The notes under the pieces were generated by a model. It had not been told where the DNA came from, made no database searches, and worked only from the letters and a program-made list of their open reading frames with translations. The translations under genes were made by a program, and so were the position numbers. From NCBI GenBank assembly GCA_038227875.1, contig JBBRPR010000078.1:1-35853 (forward strand): 35,853 bases of DNA, in the 5' to 3' direction. Position 1 is the stretch's first letter. Every line of letters begins with the position of its first letter. This document shows, one piece after another, positions 8,981-15,915 of this stretch. This stretch comes from Planctomycetota bacterium. GTDB taxonomy: Bacteria; Planctomycetota; SZUA-567; H5-PLA8.

Positions 8981-10873
8981 TTATTTTAGTGGGCCACTGC
9001 GCAACGGATGCGCGTGGCTGAAGTGAGTGGGTGCCGCATTTACCACGGGCAGCCACGATTGGTAAGGCGTTCCCGTGCTGCCGCCACTGGCGAAATCGCA
9101 CAGTTTCACGGCGTGCCCCGCTTCGGTTGAAACGTCGAGCAGCAACAGCGGGCTGAGCCATTCGTCCCATTTCACGACACGCGCGTTGAGTCTGTGTGCG
9201 TCGAGTGTGGGAATGTTGAGGCCGCAGTCGATCACGCCTTTGTTCAAATCAAACTTGGAGACCGGAGATTCCGCCGTTGCGTTTGCCTTCAGATTGTAGC
9301 GGCGATCATAGGTCAGCAGGATCGGGCCGCGATAGAGGGACGTCAGCCCGGCGCATTCCCGTTCGCCGGACCAGGCGTGCAGGGACATATCCAACTGGAG
9401 GACAATCTGGTCTCCCGGTTGCCACGCGCGCTTGAGATTCAGATAGCTGCCCGGAACCACGTGTGTCACCGCGACGCCGTTGATCCGCACTTCCGTACGG
9501 GCTGACCAGTGAGGAATACGCAGCTTCAACGAGAACGTCTCGGTGCGGCTGGGCGTTACAGTCAGCACGACCTGAGCGCCGACGGGATAGTCCGTCTTCT
9601 GCTGAATACACACGTCGACGCCAGAGTCCAGCCGTGCATGCAGCGAGCCCGGACCGTAGAAATTCAGCAGCAGATCGCCGCCATCCTGCATCAAGGCCCA
9701 CGCGCTGAGCAAGCCGAGACCGCGCGGGCTGTTGACGGAGCAGCAGTTCAATTCCGGCGAACCTTCGCGTGCCTGAAAAACGATCTGATGGGCGCTGGCT
9801 TGCCGGACACCATTCATCGGCGTGCAGTAACAGGCCCAGCGGCCGCTGGAGGAATGCATGCCCAGGACGCTGTTAAAAAGGGAGAGTTCCAGTTCGTCGG
9901 CCACGATCGAATCGCCGCTCATCTTCAGCATCTCGACGCTCAGCGCCATCCACGCGATAGTGCAGCAGGTCTCGATCGCGGCGGGATCATAGGGGTTTCC
10001 CTTTGCCTGCTCGCCGGAACTGAAGCCGCCATTGTTGTGGCGATCAAGCTTGACGATGCTCCACCAGATCCGCTCAAACGCCTGGCGGTAATCATCCTCA
10101 CCGGTCAGCCAATGAAGTTCCGCCAGGCCCATGATCGCATGCAGACTCTCCCAGCGGGGTCGCGGGAGTTCGAAAAATTCCTGGCCGGATAACGGGCCAC
10201 GAACATAGTCTCCAGCGCGTTTGCCATCCGGAGTCGGTTCCGGAAACTCCGCCACGATGGACCGCGCCAGTTGGAGGTAGCGCGGGGTGTTCGTCACGCG
10301 GTAGAGCAGGCAGAGTGAATGCAGGATGGCATGATTCATCTCCGCGCAGTCCATGTCGCTCACGCGCACGCCGGTGTTCAAGAATTTGCGGCAGAGCAGA
10401 TCGCCGATCTTCACCGCGCCGCTCAGCGCGCGCTCGTCGCGCGTCTCCTCGTACCACTGCAGCAGGCCCAGCGAGATGTGATAGTGTCCCCACGCATCCC
10501 AGGAGCGGTCGGCGTTGGGAACGTGCCGGCAAAGGCGGCAGTGCTTTGGAAACGGTCCGAGGTAACCGTCCTCGTCCTGGCAGCGGAGCAACTGGCCGAC
10601 GAACAGGCTGATCGCATCGCGCAGGCGCGGGTCGCGTGTGACGCGCCAGACCTCGATCGATGCGGTCAGGTGCTTGCCCGCAAATTCGCCCGACCACGGT
10701 AACAGGCCGCGCAGCGGAGCTTCGTCGCGGTCGCGGAACATCTCCAGAATCGCCGGATTGGCCAGTGGCGCCGGGAGCAGCCATTGTTCAGTCACGTTGG
10801 CCAGATATGCGCCAACCGGACCTTGAAGATCCAAGCGAGCTGAACTCGCGCGTTGCAGTGCAGGAGCAGTCAT
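8981..10873 (-). CDS. GH127-family (beta-L-arabinofuranosidase-like) glycoside hydrolase
   Basis: QDEDGYLG, SGEQ, ETCC and NCC Zn/Cys nucleophile motifs; C-terminal TDYP...LRIPHWS...RGPILL beta-sandwich. Confidence 0.85.
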   Translation of the reverse strand: MTAPALQRASSARLDLQGPVGAYLANVTEQWLLPAPLANPAILEMFRDRDEAPLRGLLPWSGEFAGKHLTASIEVWRVTRDPRLRDAISLFVGQLLRCQDEDGYLGPFPKHCRLCRHVPNADRSWDAWGHYHISLGLLQWYEETRDERALSGAVKIGDLLCRKFLNTGVRVSDMDCAEMNHAILHSLCLLYRVTNTPRYLQLARSIVAEFPEPTPDGKRAGDYVRGPLSGQEFFELPRPRWESLHAIMGLAELHWLTGEDDYRQAFERIWWSIVKLDRHNNGGFSSGEQAKGNPYDPAAIETCCTIAWMALSVEMLKMSGDSIVADELELSLFNSVLGMHSSSGRWACYCTPMNGVRQASAHQIVFQAREGSPELNCCSVNSPRGLGLLSAWALMQDGGDLLLNFYGPGSLHARLDSGVDVCIQQKTDYPVGAQVVLTVTPSRTETFSLKLRIPHWSARTEVRINGVAVTHVVPGSYLNLKRAWQPGDQIVLQLDMSLHAWSGERECAGLTSLYRGPILLTYDRRYNLKANATAESPVSKFDLNKGVIDCGLNIPTLDAHRLNARVVKWDEWLSPLLLLDVSTEAGHAVKLCDFASGGSTGTPYQSWLPVVNAAPTHFSHAHPLRSGPLK

Positions 10874-10985
10874 GTGCCCGTACCTCCGTGGATGATTTTA
10901 AAATACCTCTCCAGCCCCTAAATCGGAATGGTTGGAATGGTACTTGGCATGTATATTTTGATACGTTGATGAGGACTACGTATTC

Positions 10986-11894
10986 ATGGCGCGATCCTCT
11001 CTACGTCAACTTCACTCCTTCGCAGTCGATTCCTCCCAACCGTTTACGTGTGCCTTGGGGCGCATCGTGTACGCGGGAATCAAATGGAACAGCCTTGCGA
11101 CGTACGGCCACGCCGCGCCTCCGGATTACATGCGCCCCACAGCGCACCACCTGATCGTACTGACGCTGGAAGGCTGCGCCGATTATCGCGACGAGACCGG
11201 CGTGCGTGCCGTGTTGCGGCCCGGCGATCTGCTCTGGGCACGCCCCGGGCTCAATCAGTCCTACGGTCCGCGACCCGGTCATAAGTGGAGCGAACTCTTC
11301 GTCTGGTTCGAAGGGCGAATTTTTGATACATGGCAATCCCAGGGGATTCCGGGTGACAAGACGCGCATCATGAAGCTCGGGGACGCGCGGTTATGGCTGG
11401 AACGGATCGCGAGCAGTGTCGCGGCCGAACCGGTAGGCACTCCCGAACGTGCCTTGATAAGACTGTGTCGCTTCCAGCAGCTACTCGCCGATGCACTGGC
11501 ACTCGAATCCGCGCAGTCGGGCAGCGGGCAGGACGGTCAAGCGTGGCTATCGCAAGCGCAGCAACTGCTCGCCACGGAATCGATCAACCGACCCCGCTTG
11601 GAAGCCGTGGCGCGTACGATGCATCTATCGTACGTCGCCTTTCGCAAGCGGTTTCTCCGCCTGGCCGGCACCAGCCCCGGCCACTATCGTGCCGTACAGG
11701 TCATGCGGCACGCCACGGGATTGCTTCAGGAGGAAAACCGGTCGCTCAAGGAGATCGCAGACGCACTGGGATTTTCCGACGCCTTTAATTTCTCCCGCCG
11801 GTTCCGTCAAATCATGGGCCTGTCGCCTCGGGATTTCCGGAAACGGATGAATCGTGGACGCGAAAATTCGGCACCCCCGCGAAAGCGCCCGTGA
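10986..11894 (+). CDS. AraC-family transcriptional regulator
   Basis: N-terminal cupin-like domain; C-terminal SLKEIADALGFSDAFNFSRRFRQIMGLSPRDFR; divergent from the GH127 gene. Confidence 0.93.
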   Translation: MARSSLRQLHSFAVDSSQPFTCALGRIVYAGIKWNSLATYGHAAPPDYMRPTAHHLIVLTLEGCADYRDETGVRAVLRPGDLLWARPGLNQSYGPRPGHKWSELFVWFEGRIFDTWQSQGIPGDKTRIMKLGDARLWLERIASSVAAEPVGTPERALIRLCRFQQLLADALALESAQSGSGQDGQAWLSQAQQLLATESINRPRLEAVARTMHLSYVAFRKRFLRLAGTSPGHYRAVQVMRHATGLLQEENRSLKEIADALGFSDAFNFSRRFRQIMGLSPRDFRKRMNRGRENSAPPRKRP

Positions 11895-11992
11895 CCTTAC
11901 CGGCTCAAAACCTTGCACATGGGTGCTCGACACCACGTTGAATACGGACTATGGTTTTGACGTCGCTATTCTGCCCATAACAGGAGAGACGC

Positions 11993-12394
11993 ATGAAAGC
12001 CTTTGCCTTGATGCTTGCCGTCGCGCTGTTCTTTGGAACGGTTTGTCGCGCCGAAGAAGAAGTCACTCATACCAAGACGCCGCTGAAGGAAATTCAAAAG
12101 GCTGTCGAGGAGAACAAAGCCTACCTGATCGACTGCCGGGAGTCTGAAGAATGGGAGGGCGGGCATCTCAAAGACGCGCATTTTCTGCCCTTGAGCCGGA
12201 TCAAGGAGATGAAAGAAGCGCCGAGCGAGCTGCCCAAAGACAAGCCCATTTACATTCACTGCGCCGTTGGCGGGCGGGCATTGGAGTCGGCGAAGATCCT
12301 GAAAAAAATGGGCTACGACACGCGCCCGATCAAGGCCACCCCCGATGAATTGATCAAAGAAGGCGGCTTCAAGGAAGCGCTCAAAACCAAGTGA
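11993..12394 (+). CDS. Exported single-domain rhodanese (PspE-like sulfurtransferase)
   Basis: Signal peptide (CRA|EE), LIDCRESEEWEGGHL, active-site loop HCAVGGRA, RBS AGGAG. Confidence 0.9.
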   Translation: MKAFALMLAVALFFGTVCRAEEEVTHTKTPLKEIQKAVEENKAYLIDCRESEEWEGGHLKDAHFLPLSRIKEMKEAPSELPKDKPIYIHCAVGGRALESAKILKKMGYDTRPIKATPDELIKEGGFKEALKTK

Positions 12395-12455
12395 TGAGGG
12401 TTCGTCTGCATACGAGTTTCGGAAATCCCGTGTAATTCGCACCTGCCGGCATACG

Positions 12456-13079
12456 ATGAATGGCATGAAAAGCACGGCGCCGATGGTTTCTTCCGCACCT
12501 CCCTCAGCTGCGCAGCGTTGGGTCCGCGCGGGTGTGTTGCTGGTCGGAATCGTGGCGGCGGTGTTTTTCCTCGGGCGATTGGCCTCAAAGCGGGTGCGCG
12601 ATCTGACGCCGGAAGAAGTTCGCGCGCGGATGGAAGGTGAGACGCTGCAGATCGACACGGCAATCGAGCAGATCAACCGGCTTGACGCGCGCGACCGGCG
12701 CGAGGTGATGCAGAGTCCGCAGGCGCAGGCGTATTTCCAGCGACTTCCGGCCGACCAGCGTTTGCGGCTGGTGCGCGAGACGCTTGACCGCGGTATCCAG
12801 CAGCAGATCGATTCGTTCCGCAAGATGAACGCCGATGAGCGCGCGAAATTTGTGGAAGAAGCCCGCGCGCGGCAGCAGGAAGCGCGCGAGCGGATGCAGA
12901 ACATGCCGGAGAGCGACAAGCAGAGCGTCCGGCAGATGATGAGTTCCGGCAAGATGGACGAAGTGATCGACCGCGCCATGCATGAGTACCTCGCGGTTAC
13001 GTCCAGTGAGGAACGGGCCCAACTCGCGCCACTTTTCGACGGGGCGCTCGACAATTTGAATTTCGCCAAGAAGCTATGA
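12456..13079 (+). CDS. Hypothetical protein with one N-terminal TM helix and a helical, charged soluble domain
   Basis: TM segment GVLLVGIVAAVFFLG; R/E/Q-rich helical repeats; ATGA overlap with the next gene. The exact start is uncertain. Confidence 0.75.
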   Translation: MNGMKSTAPMVSSAPPSAAQRWVRAGVLLVGIVAAVFFLGRLASKRVRDLTPEEVRARMEGETLQIDTAIEQINRLDARDRREVMQSPQAQAYFQRLPADQRLRLVRETLDRGIQQQIDSFRKMNADERAKFVEEARARQQEARERMQNMPESDKQSVRQMMSSGKMDEVIDRAMHEYLAVTSSEERAQLAPLFDGALDNLNFAKKL

Positions 13080-13582
13080 GCGCTGCGCGACGGGGCTTTA
13101 CGCTGATTGAAATCCTGACGGTCGTCGCCATTCTGGGCGTGCTCGCGGCGTTGATTCTGCCGGTGCTCGGCCGCGCGCGGGCGGAGTCCCGGCGCATTTC
13201 CTGCACCAGCAATCTCTCGCAACTGGGCAAGGCGATGACGATGTACCTGTCCGAGCATCAGGGCACGTATCCGGTGCTGGCGGCGCGACCGACCTTGAGT
13301 CCCGGCCTGGCGCGGCTGAGCGACACGCTGCTTCCGTACGCCAAGGACGAGCGGGTGTTCCGCTGCCCGGCGGACAATCAAAATTTCTTCGCCAAAGAAG
13401 GTACGAGCTACGAATGGAATGTCGTGCTCAATGGACGCGTGCAGGGCGGAGCGGTTGAAGCGCTGGTGGGCCCGTCCAAAACACCATTGATGTACGACTT
13501 CGAAAATTTCCATCCCGATCCCGGCGGCGGCGGATTTGGCGGCAAGAATGTGTTGTGCTGCGACGGATCGGTGACGCGATGA
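13076..13582 (+). CDS. Prepilin-type N-terminal cleavage/methylation protein (DUF1559 / H-X9-DG-like pseudopilin)
   Basis: RRG|FTLIEILTVVAILGVLAALILP, CTSNLSQLG, FRCPAD, C-terminal H...NVLCCDGSV. Confidence 0.9.
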   Translation: MSAARRGFTLIEILTVVAILGVLAALILPVLGRARAESRRISCTSNLSQLGKAMTMYLSEHQGTYPVLAARPTLSPGLARLSDTLLPYAKDERVFRCPADNQNFFAKEGTSYEWNVVLNGRVQGGAVEALVGPSKTPLMYDFENFHPDPGGGGFGGKNVLCCDGSVTR

Positions 13583-13612
13583 CACATCCTTCTCAAGGCT
13601 CCGAACTGAACG

Positions 13613-14542
13613 ATGGCGAATGAACTCCTGCTTGCCGAAGGACTGAGCAAAGTATTTCAGCGACGCGGCGCGGAGCCACTGACCGCGGTCCATGAAGTGA
13701 ATCTCGCCGTGCAACGCGGCGATGTGTTCGGATTTCTCGGGCCAAACGGCGCGGGCAAGTCGACAACCATCCGCATGATGCTGGGGCTGATCCATCCGAC
13801 GACCGGACGCGTGTCGATCGGCGGTCGCGATCTGGCCACGCAACGGCTGTTGGCGCTGCGCAAGGTTGGCGCGTTTGTCGAAGCGCCGTCGTTTTACGGC
13901 TACCTCACGGGGCAGAAGAACCTCGAGATTTTCACGGGACTCTCCGGCGGCTGCTCGCCCGACGAGATCGCGCGCGTGGTGGAACTGGTCGGGCTGCGCG
14001 GAAGAGAGCACGATCCGGTCAAGGTGTACAGCCACGGCATGCGCCAACGGCTGGGCATCGCGGCGTGCTTGCTGCCGCGGCCGGAACTGCTCGTTCTGGA
14101 CGAACCGACCGACGGCCTCGATCCGCACGGCATTCACGAAACGCGCGAGCTGATCAAGCGGCTGGCGCGCGAGGAAGGGCTGACGATTTTTCTCTCCAGC
14201 CACATGCTCAGCGAGGTGGAGAACCTCTGCAATCGCATCGCCATCCTGGACCGCGGGCGCATCATTCTCGAAGGCGAACTGGTGGATTTGGAGAAGCGTT
14301 TCCGGCGGCTGGAGATCGATACCGACCGGCCCGCGAAGGCTGCGGCGTTGCTGCTCGAAAAATTCCGGCTGCAGTCGACGACGACCGAGTCGGGCTTGCT
14401 GAACGTGGAGCAGAACGGGACGTCGGCGGCGGAGGTGAACGCAACGCTGGTGGGGGAGGGCTTTGCGGTGAACCTCGTCGCTCGCGAGCGCAATTGGCTC
14501 GACCGGATCTTCCTGGAACTGACCACGAAGCAGAAGGACTGA
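13613..14542 (+). CDS. ABC transporter ATP-binding protein (ABC-2/BcrA-like)
   Basis: Walker A GPNGAGKS, signature YSHGMRQR, Walker B LVLDEP, H-loop SSH. Confidence 0.95.
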   Translation: MANELLLAEGLSKVFQRRGAEPLTAVHEVNLAVQRGDVFGFLGPNGAGKSTTIRMMLGLIHPTTGRVSIGGRDLATQRLLALRKVGAFVEAPSFYGYLTGQKNLEIFTGLSGGCSPDEIARVVELVGLRGREHDPVKVYSHGMRQRLGIAACLLPRPELLVLDEPTDGLDPHGIHETRELIKRLAREEGLTIFLSSHMLSEVENLCNRIAILDRGRIILEGELVDLEKRFRRLEIDTDRPAKAAALLLEKFRLQSTTTESGLLNVEQNGTSAAEVNATLVGEGFAVNLVARERNWLDRIFLELTTKQKD

Positions 14543-14550
14543 CACTCACC

Positions 14551-15432
14551 ATGGCCGACGCAACGCAAACGAAGAGTCCGATTGCCCCGCTGCTCCGTTT
14601 TGAATGGACGAAGCTGCGCGGGCGGCGCATCACGTGGGTGCCGTTCCTGGTGCTGGCGATCGTGGTGGCGATCATCGTGACGGTGTTTCACCGCGTGGAG
14701 TTCAAGCACCAGCGCGAGCTCTTCAATGCCTTGAGCCTCAATCTGCAGAAGGACGACTTCGTCAACGGTTACTACATGGCCGCGCACGCGATGAATCCGA
14801 TTTTCAACGCGCTGATTCCCATTTTTATCGCGGTGGCGTCGGGGCTGATGGTGGCGGGCGAATCCGAGCAGGGGACGCTACGCGCGTGTTTGATCCGGCC
14901 CGTGTCGCGCAGCCGGCTGCTGCTGGGAAAGTTTGCGATCCTATGCGGGTACGCGCTGGCGTTGTCGTTTTTCGTGATGGTGCTGCTGCTGGTGGCGGGC
15001 GTGCTGAATTTCGGGACGGGCAAGCTGTACACGCTGAACATGTTTTTCAACAACGGCCAGGAAGGCGTGAGCACTGTTTTCGCGGAGGAAGCGCCGGTCC
15101 GGTTTCTGCTCGCGGGACTGATCGCGGCGGCCGGGATGATGGTGCTCGCGGCGCTGGCGCTGCTGATTTCGGCGCTGGCCGACTCGGCGGCGATGGCGTA
15201 CGTGGTGACGCTTTCGATTTACTTTTCGATGGTGACGCTGCGCGAGATTCCGTTTCTGGATTGGCTGTATCCGTACTTGTTCGTCACGCACATGCTGCGC
15301 TGGCAGCAGTGTTTCTACGATCGCATCCGTGTCGGCGAGATTCTCGTGTCGCTGGTGCATCTGGCTGGCTATCTGGTGGTGTTGCTGTCGGCGGCGATTT
15401 TGTTGTTTGAAGAGCGGGATATTAAGAGCTGA
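14551..15432 (+). CDS. ABC-2 type transporter permease
   Basis: Start corrected to ATG 14551. ~6 TM segments, GESEQGTLR...RPVSRSRLLLGK motif, C-terminal FEERDI. Confidence 0.9.
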   Translation: MADATQTKSPIAPLLRFEWTKLRGRRITWVPFLVLAIVVAIIVTVFHRVEFKHQRELFNALSLNLQKDDFVNGYYMAAHAMNPIFNALIPIFIAVASGLMVAGESEQGTLRACLIRPVSRSRLLLGKFAILCGYALALSFFVMVLLLVAGVLNFGTGKLYTLNMFFNNGQEGVSTVFAEEAPVRFLLAGLIAAAGMMVLAALALLISALADSAAMAYVVTLSIYFSMVTLREIPFLDWLYPYLFVTHMLRWQQCFYDRIRVGEILVSLVHLAGYLVVLLSAAILLFEERDIKS

Positions 15433-15439
15433 AGGGAGC

Positions 15440-15489
15440 CCTGTCGTAAATTTACGACAGGATTCAGCATAGGGAAAATTTTCCCCATG
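15440..15489. repeat. Two adjacent 22-bp palindromes with A/T cores
   Basis: CCTGTCGTAAATTTACGACAGG (15440-15461, perfect) and CATAGGGAAAATTTTCCCCATG (15468-15489, one mismatched pair). Confidence 0.85.
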
Positions 15490-15660
15490 TTGGCTTTTGA
15501 ACATCGGACAAATTTGACACATGTAACATTTGAGGCGTTTACACGGGGTGAAGTACCACACGGTCTTCATAGGTAAATGTGACCGAATGTTACAAAATGT
15601 TACATGAAATGAGGCGGTTTCTGTTTTCCGTACAACAGTGTTGTTGTACTGCGGAGATCG

Positions 15661-15697
15661 TATCGCGGGCGTTCCGGTATAGGGGACGCCCGCGATA
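15661..15697. repeat. GC-rich stem-loop (15-bp stem, 7-nt loop)
   Basis: TATCGCGGGCGTTCC-GGTATAG-GGGACGCCCGCGATA, with one G:T pair. Confidence 0.8.
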
Positions 15698-15725
15698 GGC
15701 GCTCTGGGCACGCCGGAGCTATTTG

Positions 15726-15786
15726 GTTTTCAGAGAACAGTGATTCTTCAACTAAACACTATAGACCGTGAAATGGGTGAAGTCAA
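15726..15786 (-). promoter_or_regulatory. Near-consensus sigma70 promoter followed by a boxA-like motif, pointing into a gene-free region
   Basis: Minus strand: TTGACT (15786-15781), 17 bp, TATAGT (15763-15758); AT-rich upstream; GTTCTCTGAAAAC (15738-15726). Confidence 0.65.
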
Positions 15787-15829
15787 GAAAGAAGTTAGAT
15801 AAATATTAGGGGTGCTTAAGAACCCCCGG

Positions 15830-15854
15830 CCCCCTTCCCTGAGAGGGAAGGGGG
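15830..15854. terminator. REP-like hairpin CCCCCTTCCCT-GAG-AGGGAAGGGGG, likely terminator or stabiliser for the 18801-15916 gene
   Basis: Perfect 11-bp stem ~60 bp downstream of that gene's stop codon. Confidence 0.55.
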
Positions 15855-15915
15855 AGGCGGGATATGGGATGCGTGTCGGACTTAGATTTCTCTCCGCGAC
15901 AGATTGTTGCGCGGT

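Noticed and set aside
11966..14545. 859-aa minus-strand ORF
   Set aside because: Antisense shadow of four well-supported plus-strand genes; no recognisable motifs; expected from high-GC codon bias.
14941..15711. 256-aa minus-strand ORF downstream of the orphan promoter, with a Cys-rich stretch (CKRLKCYMCQIC)
   Set aside because: GTG start without a clear RBS; codons simply reflect the DNA palindromes; nearly two-thirds overlaps the permease antisense. Not called, though ribosome profiling could test it.
15433..15720. Possible CRISPR array, tRNA or rRNA fragment after the boxA-like motif
   Set aside because: The palindromes do not share arm sequence or regular spacers; no cloverleaf or rRNA-like sequence recognised; no cas genes in the window.
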